Part shown: piece after piece, positions 1 through 12,508 of the stretch
Layout: every line of letters begins with the position of its first letter
How positions within the stretch are numbered: position 1 is the first letter of the stretch
Source: Selaginella moellendorffii
Taxonomy: Eukaryota > Plantae > Lycopodiophyta
Direction of reading: 5' to 3'
Length of the DNA: 64,000 nt
Assembly (NCBI RefSeq): GCF_000143415.4
Contig: NW_003314332.1
Coordinates: forward strand, 806,001-870,000
Translations under genes and position numbers: made by a program
The notes under the pieces: model-generated
Databases searched by the model: none
Seen by the model: only the letters and a program-made list of their open reading frames with translations
What the model was told of the DNA's origin: nothing

Positions 1-247
1 AACTTAAAAATGAGGGGGGCCCTTTGACAAGCATCACTGAAGCAGCAGAAGTGTGCAAGGAGAGCTTGATGTCACTAGTAGTAGGAGATGCTGGAGACGC
101 AGTGTTGGAAGAATGAGATCAAGTATCCCCAGGCACAGAGGTGGTGCTAGAATAGCATGCACATGGTGTGGAATCACTCAGCCGTGCTTTGGACGTATCT
201 CTGGAGCTTGCTGTGGATGTATGAGTTTCTGGGCCCATGGATTCTAG

Positions 248-677
248 GTATGTCCCAGCCACCCCAAGTCACTGGTCAACGATCGGTCAACCCTCGGCCT
301 ACTGTAAAAATGGAATATTCCTGAATATTCTCTGAAAGTCAGACCGTTGACCGAGTCAACTTCGCCTATACCATTCCATTCCACATCTCTTTCCGATTGG
401 GACTACATTTATTTCATCTCCTAACACTAGACGTGACACCTTGGAAAACATGCGAATTGTTATAATGGTGCCATCGATGACACATGCAACATCGATGACA
501 ATGTGACTGAAGGACCTCAGGTATGCACCAGTCACTCCAGGCCACCTCCCTCTCGAGTCAACTATCGGTCAACGAGAAGTCAACGGTCAGAATAGAATAT
601 TCTTGAATATTCCCTAACAGTCAGATTGTTGACGGAGTCAAAGCGGCATATACCATTGGATTCCACACTTTCTTCAG
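248..677 (+). repeat. Two related intron-like direct repeats (248-430, 521-677)
   Basis: Both start AG|GTATG and end in YAG. Both share TCGGTCAAC..GAATATTCYTGAATATTC..AGTCAGA..GTTGAC.GAGTCAA..TATACCATT..ATTCCACA. Confidence 0.55.
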
Positions 678-1026
678 GTCATCACAGTTGTGGTGAATGA
701 AAAGCCTTGACAGGAGGACTGCCCTCAAACAGGTCTTGAGGGATGAAACAGGAATTGATACAGCCTCTGCAGTGTGTCAGACACAACCAACAGGTCCCGA
801 GAGCGATCAGCAGTAGGAGAATCGGAACAGATGCCGAAAGACAGGTCCACTGCACCACAATCTCGTATAAGCAACACATCTTTCCGGATCTAGAGATGTC
901 GAATAGAATCAAAAGACAGGGCTTGCTGATTCTCATCAATGAAAGAATCTCTCTAGAACCAAGAGACTGCTCTAGACCATGCCACAAAAGACTCGGTTGC
1001 CAACCTCTTGGAACTTGTAGCTGGCA

Positions 1027-1697
1027 ATACCACATGGAAGAGGATGACAACAAGCCGATTCTGGAGCATGCAGTTGGGTACGTGGTTTCATTTCTTTACT
1101 ATCTTACAATATATTTATTTTTCAGAACCAAAATCGGCTGGAAACCCAGGAAGGACCTGACTATCAAGCTGATGAAGAAGAAGCCTAAGAAGGTGCCAAG
1201 GACACCACCCCTCAGACAAAGTTGCAGGCATGCGAGACTTTTTTTAACTTCTTTAACCCCCTTGAAATCCCAGAAAACGAGGAGGAGATTGATCCTGAAG
1301 AGGTACGATCTTTTATCATCTCTTCTAAAAGGTGTGCATAACTTCTTTCTTTAGGCCGAGGAGCTTCACATGGAACAAGACTATGACGTGGGGTAAGAAC
1401 TATAGTCGGGATCAAAGTTTCGCAACCATGCTAACAACAACCTGAATTTGCAGTGCCACAATTTGCGACAAGATTGTTCCTCATGCCATCTCGTGGTTCA
1501 CTAGCAAAGCAGTGGAATTTGATGATGAGGCGGGAGACGATGAGGAAGATGAAGATGAGGACGACAAGGTGACTGATGATAAGGAGGAATTTGATGCTAA
1601 GGTACATCACTTGGGTTTTTCCCTTCCCTTACTCATTACTTTAATTCGTTTCCTGTCAGGAGGAAGCCAAGCAAACCATGCCAAAGCTGAGCAGTAA
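1027..1697 (+). pseudogene. NAP1: Nucleosome assembly protein 1 (NAP1) 3' fragment, frameshifted
   Basis: Spliced translation KPILEHAVG|TKIGWKPRKDLTIKLMKKKPKK..CETFFNFFNP..AEELHMEQDYDVG..DKIVPHAISWFT plus an acidic tail matches the plant NAP1 C-terminal half. GT-AG introns at 1078-1125, 1303-1354, 1393-1453 and 1602-1659. 1-nt frameshift near 1190; 5' exons not recognisable. Confidence 0.85.
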
Positions 1698-1754
1698 TCC
1701 TTTTTGATCCTGTCCTTGCTTCTGAATAGTTCCTTGTTTCTGGTCTTTGGCAGG

Positions 1755-1957
1755 AGTACCTTGAGGTGTTGGTCATGGGATCGGACACGTGGAGCACTTG
1801 GACCAAGGGCAAAGGTTGAGTGGCATGGATGCCATTCTCAGGGCTGGCAAGCCCCAAGTCCTAACTGGGACTTATGGAGGTTGTGAATGAGACTCCTCCA
1901 AGTGGTCGGAGGTGCAATTAAGTGACTAAAGTAAAATGGAAAAATTAGTCGCTTACA
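1755..1957 (+). mobile_element. Truncated 3' end of a family A LTR
   Basis: Near-identical to 4783-4975 and ends in ..TTAGTCGCTTACA; not followed by a PBS. Confidence 0.85.
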
Positions 1958-2167
1958 ATTTACTACCATGACACTAAGCTCGAAATATGTCACGTGACTC
2001 TTACTTTGAAAAACCACTAAAAACGACACATATTACATGGCATGAATAGTGTGCCACGTGTCATCTGCTCCTAGAAGTCGTCTAGTGACACTCAAAAAAA
2101 AATAAGTAAGAAAAAATGACCACTTTTTCATTATTGATATTGCAGGAGTCGCACCACTTCCAGATTC

Positions 2168-2297
2168 TAAGCTCGAACACTAATACATGCTGTGGGGTGA
2201 AAGCCCAGAGCGTGTGTCTTCCAACGGGGGGGGAGGGGGGGGGGGGGGGCTGTGGGGGGTTCCAAAAGTATAGTAGGGATAGTGTGGGTGTTGGAGG
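2168..2297 (+). promoter_or_regulatory. Putative rDNA RNA polymerase I promoter / initiation site (TATAGTAGGG 2269-2278; +1 probably A2275)
   Basis: Matches the plant Pol I start consensus TATA(G)TAGGG. Preceded by a more AT-rich tract and followed by ETS-type subrepeats that lead, once insertions are removed, to the 18S 5' end roughly 2-2.3 kb downstream. Confidence 0.7.
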
Positions 2298-3330
2298 AGT
2301 TGGGTAGCTGAGGTGGAGTCTGAGTTGAACTCGGACTCCGAGTCCGGGTCCAAATCCGGGCGAGCGAGTGCTCTTCACGTGGTATACTGCGTGCGGGGCA
2401 AGCTCAAAGTGGGCTTTGGCTTCTAGCTTTGGCTCATGGCTCTGCTTTTGCTACCTGCAACATCACACTCCCTGCTCGCCCCCACAATGCGCATTGGGAT
2501 GGGTCCTGGTGAAAGCCGGGAGACTCGGATCTTTGCGTGCGGTGGTGGTGGGCTAGCTAGCAGTTAATCCTCCTGATGTGGGGTGGTGTGTGTCTTTGGT
2601 AGAGGGCTGCACACCTATTGCTGTGGTGCAACACATGTGCTTGTGATGGGTCCTGGCCAATGCTTCGGCAGAACCGGGAGACTCGGACGACCAACATGTG
2701 TGGTGCGCCACAGCTCGGGCTAGCCTCTCGCTTTTGTGTGTGTTTTGGGGCAGTGGGGTGTTCTCACCCCCTCCCAAGCACACACCCCTTGCTGTGCTGT
2801 AACCATTGAGTCCAGATCCGGGCGGGCAAAATTCCCTTGTGTTTGAACGTGGGTGAGCTCAGTCGCATGGGGGCTTAGTTGGTGCTTCACAGCCAGGGAA
2901 GTGACACTCTAGACATCTACCCTTTTGTCAAAAATGCATGTGACGGGGGAGCAAGAAGTCACATGCTCTATGCTATTGAGCGACCTTTTGGAATCTCGGG
3001 CAGGGGATGTATTTCTACCTACTATCGATCGCTCCATAGCACAAGAGCATGTAACTTCTTGCTCCCTCCGTCACATGCATTTTAACAAAGGTTTGCTCCT
3101 CTTGTTGTCCCTGATGGGTGATGGCTCCACTTACTTGTGATGCTGAATGAACTGATGTTCCTGGTGTGACCACCAAGTCCGGATCCGGGCGGGCAATTCC
3201 CTTGTCTTGAACTTGGGTGAGCTCAGTCGCATGGGGGCAGCTGGGTTCTGAGGTTCTGAGCTCAGTTGCATGGGGGCTTGGTGGGGAGCTGGGTTCTGAG
3301 GTGACTAATGCAAAACATGTATGTGCCTGC
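2298..3330 (+). repeat. rDNA 5' ETS part 1 with subrepeats
   Basis: Unit GATCCGGGCGGGCAA(AA)TTCCCTTGT..GGGTGAGCTCAGTCGCATGGGGGC at ~2815, ~3182 and (partial) ~3257; the same units recur at 34293-34880 just upstream of 18S. Confidence 0.7.
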
Positions 3331-6300
3331 TGTGAAACACAAAATCCCTAGGCCCCAAAGTGGAGCCGAAAGGGCACCATGTGGTAGTGGCCGAAGCGAA
3401 AGCCAAACGAGCGTAACATGTTTGGACTAAAAGCTCCGACTTGAAAAGGTCGAGAGTGGGTGTGGAACTCCCAACGAAGTGCTCAAGGAATGAGCACAAA
3501 GCAGGCAATAAGCGAGGCTCCAAAAAGGGACCCAAAAGGACCAACACATGACACATGGAAGTGTCCAAGATGGACCCGAGTTGGGGTCCAAAGTGGAGTC
3601 CAAAGTGGAGTCCGAGATGGATCCGAGTTGGAGTCCGAATTGGAGTCCGAGAAGGACCCCGAGATGGAGTCCGAGATGGAGTCCGAGATGGACTTGAGAT
3701 GGACTCGAGATGGAGTCCGAGGTGGAGTCCAAGATGGAGTCTGAGATGGAGTCCGAGATGGACCCGAGATGGAGTCCGAGATGGACCCGAGATGGAGTCC
3801 AAAGTCGAGACCGAGACCAAGACCAAGACTGGGACCAAGACCGGGGCCGAGACCGGGACCGAGACCGGGGCCGAGACCGAGCCCAAGCCCGAGTCCGAGC
3901 CCGAGTCCGAGTCCGAGTCCGAGTCCGAGTCTGAGTCCGAGTCCGAGTCTGAGTCCGAGTCCAAGTCCGAGTCCGAGTTCGAGTCTGAGAGGGTGAAAGC
4001 CTAAAGCGTTTGTCTCCCAGACCCTGGGGGGTTTGGTGAGCTCCAAAAGTATAGTGAGGGGGAGGACTGCAGTGGAACCAGTTTGGCCAGGAAAGGCCAG
4101 TTTGGCCCAGGAAGGTCGGACCCAATGTTGGGTGATAAGTTGCCCACTGGGAAGTCCAAGACTAAAGTGAACACGGACCAACAAGCGGGGTAGCTTGGTG
4201 AAGTGTTCAAGAGCCGGCTCTAGTTCCCCTGGGAGATCGACTAGCCGATGCTCCCAGTCCAAGTGTGGGTGGCACTACCTACTTGGATACCTGTCGTGGC
4301 TCAACGGAACCTCGCTCTAAGCCCATGGCTAGAGCACATAAAGGCAAAAGGCAGGGAGAGTACCCATGAAGCTTGCGTAAGACCACGGTGTTCCGAAATG
4401 TTGTCCCAAAGTCCCAAACGGTGAAAGGGAAGAGGATTAGGCCTCTAATGCAGTGACCAAGGATACGGTCACATGGTGAGGAAGTCCCAAAGGATAGTGG
4501 GACTTAGCGGTCGGGCCTGCGGGCCTTGATCCAGTGGCAGTCTTGGCAAACACGACCATGGACTAAAAGGGACTTGGTGGGGACTGGAAAAGAGTTGTCG
4601 GGGAAGGCTATTCCCCATGTCTGTGGGCATCCTAAGGATGTTGAGGAGTAGATCTGGGATGATCACTCATGGACGGATGGCCCAGTCTTTGAGAGACGGG
4701 ACTATGATGCAGGTGGCATTAGACCACTGACGTGACCAAGGTGAATGGGCATGGCCTTAGCATAATGGGCCGATATGTCGGGGGTACCTTGGGGTGTCGG
4801 TCATGGGATCGGACACGTGGAGCACTTGGACCAAGTGCAAATGTGGATGCCATTCTCGGGGCTAGCAAGCCCCAAGCCCTAACTGGGACTTATGGAGGTT
4901 GTGAATGAGACTCCTCCAAGTGGTCGGAGGTGTGGTTAAATGACTAGAGTAAAATGGAAAAATTAGTCGCTTACAATTTGGTATTGGAGCTGGTCCTTAG
5001 TCCGACTATTATTGGTGCTCAAGTATATCACCACTTGTATTGAAATTGGAAGGTCCTAGGGATGGACCTATCCTTGAGGAGTAGCATGTCGAGAGGACAT
5101 AGCTCTCCACTCAAGTTAATGTGTGAACTTGTGTGCAATGTGGTGGATAGAAAGGGGCCAATAATGGAACGACTTTGGGATCTTGGGAACAGTATAAGGT
5201 TTTCCTCGGAGAGTTGAGGATGTGATCCAGATGAACATTTGATTTAGCAAACTGGCTAATGTAGTTGTGGTAAACAACTATAGTTGGGATCACGGGGAAG
5301 ATGTAGACTCAAAAACAATAAAGGAGTCACAAGATTAACCTCATATAGTGAGGCTGGTGCTCATGAAATTGAGACAAGAATTAATGACCGTGAAAGGTCA
5401 AATACGGATGAGGACACGAGTCCTTGAAATGGTGGCGGCTATCTTTTATAAATGCGGGAACAAACCCAAGGAGTTGGGGGTGTGCTCAAAGAATGAGTTG
5501 GTATTCTCATCACATGGACAACTGGTCATAAGGGGCAAAAGATTGCCCCCAGAGAACAAAATCAAGTGTTGAAGTAACACTTGCAAAGATGGTCCTTGTG
5601 AGTAGGACATGAATACAAGAGTTGTATTCTAGTGAGCTGGCACCTCAAAAGTAGGACTTCTTGGGTCGTCGGATTAGCAAAGTCCAAAATGTCTGATGAC
5701 TCTAATAGAGTCAAGGAATAATCCTAAGGGATTGATGGAAGCATTTAGACTGAAGTGTGTGGTGCCCTATGAAGGATGGGGAGGATCTTAAGATCCAAGT
5801 ATGAGAACAGTGTAAGCGACTAAATTTTCCATTTTAGTTTAGCCACTTAACGACACTCCTGACCATTTGGAGGAGTCTCATTCACAACCTCCATAAGTCC
5901 CAGTTAGGACTTGGGGCTTGCTAGCTCTGAGAATGGCATCCATGCCACTCAACCTTTGCACTTGGTCCAAGTGCTCCACGTGTCCGATCCCATGACCGAC
6001 ACCCCAAGGTACCACCGACATACTAGCTTGTTATGCTAGGCCATGCCCATTCACCTTGGTCACACCGATGGTTTAATGCGACCTACATCATAGTCCCATC
6101 TCTCAAAGACTGGGCCATCCGTCCATGAGTGATCACTCTAGATCCACTCCTTAGCATCCTTAGGATGCCCGCAGACATGGGGAATAGCCTTCCCCGACAA
6201 CTCTTTTCCAGTCCCCACCAAGTCCCTTTTAGTCCGTGGCTGTGTTCGCCAACACTGCCACTGGATCAAGGCCCGCAGGCCCGACCACTAAGTCCCACTA

Positions 6301-7202
6301 TCCTTTGGGACTTCCTCACCATGTAACCGTATCCTTGGTCACTGCATTAGAGGTCTGCTTCTCTTCCCTTTCACCGTTTGGGACTTTGGGGCAACATTTC
6401 GGAACACCGTGGCCTTACGCAAGCCTTATGGGTCCTCTCCCCGCCTTTCGCCTTTTGGTGCTCTAGCCATGGGCTTAGAGCGAGGTCCCGTTGAGCCACA
6501 CTAGGTATCCAAGTAGGTAGTGCCACCCACACTTGGACTGGGAGCATCGGCCAGTCGATCTCCCAGGGGAACTAGAGCCGGCTCTTGAACGCTTCACCAA
6601 GCTACCCCGTTTGTCGGTCTGTGTTCACTCTAGTCTTGGACTTTCCAGTGGTCAGTTCATCACCCAACACTGGCTATGGCCTTCCTGGACCAAACTGGTC
6701 CTTTCTGAGCCAAACTGGCCCTTCTTGGCCAAACTAGCTCCACTGGGCTCCAACCCCCACAAGCTCTATTTGGTTAAAGTGGGAATTGTCATTATCCCAC
6801 TTGTAAAATAAGGTTTCCAAACCTTTATATAGTATATAAATATAACAAAATTCAACTGCATTGAGGTACATGCCATTTTATTTTAAACAAGGAAATGTCT
6901 ACTCAATCACTTCTCCTCCCCCTGCCACTGCTTCACCTCTCTCTTCTCCTTGTCATCGTCGTCCAATTTCTTTCCATCCTTTTAATATTGGCTCAGTTGC
7001 TCCGAGTCTAGGTGGAGCCCAAGTCCCCATTCAATCTTTACTTTCCCCTTATTAATAAAACAACTTCGTAGACTTCCAATAACATGCTGTAACACTTCTA
7101 GTATAATGCAAATCCTCTCAAAGAATTGTCTTTTAATATTAATACAATGGCATGGAACCCCATGCCATAATAAGTTACATTTTTAAATAAATACATGCCA
7201 TC

Positions 7203-8065
7203 TTAGACTATTATTTTTTGCCTCCAACGCCTATACAATAATCTTGGAATTTCATCACTCTCCACACTATCAGGATTTAAACCCAATAGTAATGCCATCT
7301 CTTCTCTAATACGTCCACGCTCATGTTCAGTGGTCGAAGAACCCATCCGGTTGAGCAGATTATGGAGATGCAGATAGTGCTTGGCTAGACAATATACATG
7401 CCATAAATGATGACTGGTGTCTGTCCGATCAAATGGCTTCTGATATACCGTTCCATTTGCCATTTGGTTGATTTCTGCAGCCACCTCCTGGACTGGCCGG
7501 TTCTCTATCACCATTGCTCCAAGCCGTTTTGCAAGGTCCCCTAGAACATACGGTTTCTTCTCCCTAGTTTCCATACTGCAAGAGATGGGGTGCACTGCAT
7601 ATGTGTGCGTGTTCGCTGCAGTTTTAATCGGCGAGTCATCGATGATGAGGATTTCACTTGACCTAGTAGTCTGGTTCATCACTACAGCCTCTGGCTTGAC
7701 GAAGATGGGCTTGCTACCCCTCACATGGACCATAGTCAAGCAATCCTCCTGCGTTAGGAGAAAGTCAAATGGTAATATTACTCGCGTCTGATCGTGCATC
7801 ATCTGTAGCAACGTTAATGCATTGTGGCGCATCATGGATGTCCAAACTCCCAATTGCAAATTGAACCCAGCCCTCTGTTTTAAGTGTCGCATGGTCATTA
7901 TTAGATCCCGCAGTTTCTCCCGTGTGATTAATGTGAATGTGTCTCTTTTGACCAACTTGCGACCGCAGGCTTTGGAGGGTGCAGTGACATTCGAGGACGA
8001 GCCACACTCATGGGAGAAAAGGACACCGTTCAGATCAAAAACGATACAGTACTTTCGCTGTGACT
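7203..8065 (-). CDS. FCP1/SCP (NIF)-type HAD phosphatase domain, transposon cargo (probably terminal exon of a larger gene)
   Basis: Motifs IVFDLNGVL, GVWTS, LTQEDC, KPIFVK and LIIDDSPIK are typical of plant FCP1-homology proteins. Copy 2 (61698-62560) has premature stops. Confidence 0.8.
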
Positions 8066-8112
8066 CTGAAATGAAATGTGTCAGCATAAAAAATGGTACA
8101 AGTCAATTTTAC

Positions 8113-9910
8113 CATCTACAATATTAGCGAATGGTGCTCCCGATGGTCGTTCAAAGGGTTTTGGTCAAGGAAACGTGAAGGGCGGAAATACTCTCCTCTA
8201 CAATGTGGGGTCAATTGCATCCGATGGCATGTGGGCACATGCCATTTCAGCTGTAGACTCTGGTACAACTGGCTCAATAGTGGCATGGGGTGGTTCCGAT
8301 GGCGTGTGATCACACGCCATTTCAGCTGGTGCCTCCGTTGGTAAAGTGGACATGACCGAACAGGCAGAAGGGGCGGTGTAGGGAGGTTCCAACGGCACGT
8401 AGTCAGATGATTGGGCACACGTTGAGTCCGTTGGAAATGAGGATACGACCGGCTCGGCGGCTGGGGCGGCCTCATGCGGGTCCAATGGCGCCTGGTCACC
8501 GTCAGTTGGATACGTGGACAAGATTGACTCAGTGGTATGGGCAGCATCAAGTGGAGCGTGGTCAGCTTGCTTGGCGTTGATATGGATAGTAGCCTCCACC
8601 AGCTCTGATGACTCTTGCAGGCAAGTAGAGTCCACTGGCGGATCCATATGCATGTCCAAATATCTCCCTTCGATTGAGATGGTATCCTCCCTACTGGCTA
8701 CTAAAAACAAACTCATTAGCACATTGAATCGACTATACTGTATTTACCATCAACTGCTATTGAGGAACTAGGACCGATATCACTTGGGCGCACTGCTGAT
8801 TCTAAAGGATTGGACATACGTTTCGACCCTTGCTTGGCACTATCCTTCCTCGACACTAAAGGCTAGAGTTTGTATCTTAATTCAACTGAATAATCTCTAC
8901 TTACCATTTGCTTTGCAACCTACATGGACAATGTTAGAAATGGTAAAAGGTTAGGAATGGATGTACTATTATTTACCTGATGGTTTGTCTTGTATGACCT
9001 TCCTCCGCTGCTCTTTGGCCACCTCAAGCTGGCCATCGTCGTCATCATCGTCGTCGTCGTTATTGTGATCGTCACCATTGTGAGGACCATCCAAGTCCTC
9101 TTCGTCCTCCTCTTCTTCATCTTCCTCTTCTTTGTCCTCCTCTTCGTCCTTCTGCTCTTCCTGCTCATTATCTTTCTCTGGCTCCTCATCCCCCTCCTGC
9201 ATTTCTTCCATAGGCTGCTCAGGCTGGATGGCTTGTTCTTCCAGGACCATCTTGGGAAAATCATCTGGCCGAGTCTCCATTTCAAAATACAAGACATCCA
9301 TAGCCTGTTTTAGTGCGTGACCTAGGACCGTATCCTCACCCGACTGTCTTAACATGGTTTCTGCACGTTCTTGCACCCTTCGAAAACGACGAGATGAGAA
9401 AAACGTGGCCCTGACTTGAAAAGCATCCCTCATCCATTGTACCTCTCCATTGAGATTGGGGAAGGGGAGTCCGCCATAGGAATCTGAGTCAGGAGGTGGT
9501 GACCGCGAGGCATTACCTATCATCTTTTCGTTGCCCTTCTTCCTTTTCGAATCAAACGCCTCTGATCCCGACGACTGTCCAACGTGCTTTCGCTTTTTAT
9601 GACCACTGTCAGTTTGAGCTTGGCTGGTGCTTGCGTGTTTTGCCTTTGAAGAAGTGTCTCCTGCAAGGAATGGCATGAGACCACATGCCATTGCAAATAT
9701 AATTTGTACCTCCTTTTTTCCTATTGCTTGTCTGTTTGTCCTTCTTCGACGCGCCACCAGTGCGCTTTTCAGTCCTCGTGTCTGAATATTCACAACGATC
9801 TATAATCAAAATGGCGTGAGGCCTCACATGACCTTACCTTGTGCAGGTTGTGAGCTCGGCCCAACAGTAGCTGTTAACGCCATTTCAGCATCTGGGGGTG
9901 GCCACGCTCC
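8113..9910 (-). CDS. Low-complexity exons (Lys-rich/NLS-like, acidic, Pro/Ala-rich linker) of the cargo gene
   Basis: ORFs 8969-9793 (KKRK, long E/D tract) and 8198-8722. Short GT-AG introns at 9800-9837 and 9661-9709. Exon boundaries are partly uncertain. Confidence 0.5.
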
Positions 9911-9959
9911 TGCATACAGAGCTTGTGAGATAACATTTAAATTTAAAGTGCGTACTCAC

Positions 9960-12508
9960 CAGGTTCGCAGAGAAGATACTATTTTTCTTTGGCAACTATA
10001 ATTATATGCTTCATTGAAGTCACCTCTTCAATGGAGTTTGTCACCGCAACACACGGGACACCCTTGAGTAGTGCGGCTCGAAAGAATAGTCTGCCGCAGT
10101 TGTACTCGACAACGCATTTGCCCTTGGAGTCGGAGGCAGGTGCTATTGCGTTGAAGACCCAGCTGAGCATTTCCCATGCTGCACCTGGAGCTTTCTCTGG
10201 ATTCGAAAGCTCCATAGCCGTCTTCAGTTCCTTAGGCACGGGTAAATTGACCTCCCTCAGATCAATTCGATTGGCCTTGTCGAACGAAGCTGGGAAGTCA
10301 CTCCAGTCCCACTCTGCTGCAGGACTAATAACAAGGGCGAGTGTGAAGATGCGGACATTCGTCGGTATCTTCTTCTTAGCCATTATCCCATGGATCTCCC
10401 GCATCTCCTTGCCTTTCAACCGAGCCTTCACCTCGTTCAAGGCCTTCCAGAACTTGTGATAGGATTCGGAGTCATAGATCATATAGTGGACTGAAGATTC
10501 CACCTCCGCAAGTCCCACCATTAAGTCAGTAATGGAGCTGACTTCGTCTGCATGAGTGATCTCCTCGTTTGTGAAGTCCATCACACAAAAGATGTTCTTG
10601 ACCTGCTCATCTCCGCGGGAAACGACGCTCCTCCACCTTTGATCCTCATCCGAATTCACGTATACCCGGTAAGGTTCTCGATAGGCCTTTGCTGTGGGGT
10701 CGAGCTGTTTCTGAAGTCGGCGGTCGACATCCCTTTTAATGAAATTTGGATACTGATCCAACTTCTCAGCTTTACTTTTCGTGGCATCCCGCAGCAGATC
10801 GATGAACTTGGGGGCCCCCTTCACGTACTCGTCGATGTCTTCATTTGACAACTCCAGCTCTTCCATCATCTCTTGCGTGGTGTCGATGCTCACCCTCTCC
10901 ACGGCCACTTGCTCGAAGATCCAATCCTTCAATAGCGCACGAGCTCTCAGAGTCGTGCACAAGTCCTCGTATGTCACAATATGGCCGGGAGTCATTTTGG
11001 TCTTGTTGAAGACTACCTCACCACGTAGAAGAGCATTAGCCACTGTCAGAAGGTCGTCGTCGTCTAGAGACCGCAAGAAACGCAAGGCGTTGAGCTTCAA
11101 ATCATTGGGCTTCCGGCTGTCCTCCACACCCATTGAGTTTAGCAACTCCCCGTCATGGTACCTCCTCAGCACATCTACCCATTTGTCAAAAACAACTTTT
11201 GTCGCGAGTAGAATGTTATGGATGCTGAGTGTGTCATTGACCCCCAGTGTTTTCGAGAGAAGACTCGAGAATTCCTGCAATGGAAATGGCGTGAGGCCAC
11301 ATGCTATGCCACATGCAACGAGGCTTACCTGCCAGGCGCTAGTTGCTAGTGCACGTCCTTGTCCTGGTTTTTTTGGCTTCTTCAGTTGAACCCAGAGCTT
11401 CCGTGTTCGTGCCAATGTCTCGTGCAGACCCGATTTGTAGCACGTTTCTTGCTTGACATTCTGCGCGTGGGAGATGGATATGATAGATCAGAGGGGCGAG
11501 TTGCCTTTTATCAGGCGGACAACTCTTGTCTTGAAGACTTTCTTCACCTCCTCGCCCACCATAATATCCACAACTATCTCTTGCATCGCCAAGCTAGAAT
11601 GCTGCCCGGAGACGGCATAGAACCGGATGTTCTGATCGTCCAACACCTTCCTATTGATCAAGTCTGGAAACCTCGTCTCGCCCTTCATTGTTTGGTAGTA
11701 GGGGATCACGTCTGCGATGTCGGGTGTTACTGGACTTGCCAGCATCTTCTGCTTCAGTTTCTCCACCCACTCATCAGATACTAGCCTGTGGTTGTATTTG
11801 CTTTGGATGTCGATACGACTCACGTCGATTGTATATACTTTGTTGGAATAGTAACAAGTACTATTATCTGCGACGATTTTTGCTGCCTCTTCTTGCTCTT
11901 TCTGCTCTTTGCGGCTCTTCTTTTTGGTGGGTGTAGTGTTCGAACCCGAGGCAATGGCATCACCGAGTAGCTTCTTTTTTGGAGCAAGAGAGTCGGACGT
12001 CGGCTTGAGCTTGACCACCCTTTTCTGCTTCGGGGTAGTTTCCAGATTGACCCCCTTCCCCTTCGCTTCGCGAACTGGAGGCACTCTCAACGGCTCAATG
12101 TTGGAATATAGTTTTTGAACATCGCCGTAGGTGAGGTCCATGGATTCCATGTGATCTTCATAGACCCGCAGTGTCTTTGAAATTGTGGGCCTCCTAGACA
12201 ACCTCTCCCTAGCTCCCTCTAGGAATTCCTCATAGCCGCTGCCCCCCTCCAGGAAGCCGCTAGGATGTGCAAGGTGGATCTTGAAGGCGGACGCTGTCTC
12301 TACCACAAGTGCCAGTCCATATTCTTGCATGGAACTGCATGGAGTGTCTGTCACTTGGATGAGGATCCCCATGCATTCTTTTCTCCCACCATCTGTGTTG
12401 TACAGCCTCAGATCCTCGCCTTCCATCCCGAAAGTCCAACTGGTGAGCTCCTCCCCCTTCTCTGCATCCACATTGACAGTGGCTGGAAGAAGAACACAAT
12501 TCCTCACC
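9960..12508 (-). CDS. Cargo protein: ParB/Srx-like domain plus degenerate N6A/N4C-methyltransferase-like C-terminal domain (one in-frame TGA in this copy)
   Basis: ORFs 11488-12528 and 9979-11415 are in the same frame, split by a TGA that is CGA in copy 2. NHRLVSDEWVEKLKQKM..FYAVSGQHS resembles the ParB/DGQHR fold. EKAPGAAWEMLSWVFNA..GKCVVEYNCG..FFRAALLKGVPCVAV resembles the beta-class MTase EKP..GDxVLDxFxG..AAxxxGRxxIG segment. In-frame 54-nt intron at 11275-11328. Confidence 0.6.

Noticed and set aside
3305-4262. Long ORFs rich in SD/RT/GL repeats (also 18107-19312, 23985-25245, 38029-39169, 43857-44976, 57581-58696)
   Set aside because: They are artefacts of stop-free 6/11/12-bp LTR minisatellites, open in several frames on both strands.
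9989-11389. Plus-strand ORFs opposite the cargo gene (and equivalents in copy 2)
   Set aside because: Antisense shadows of the minus-strand coding sequence, with no recognisable motifs.
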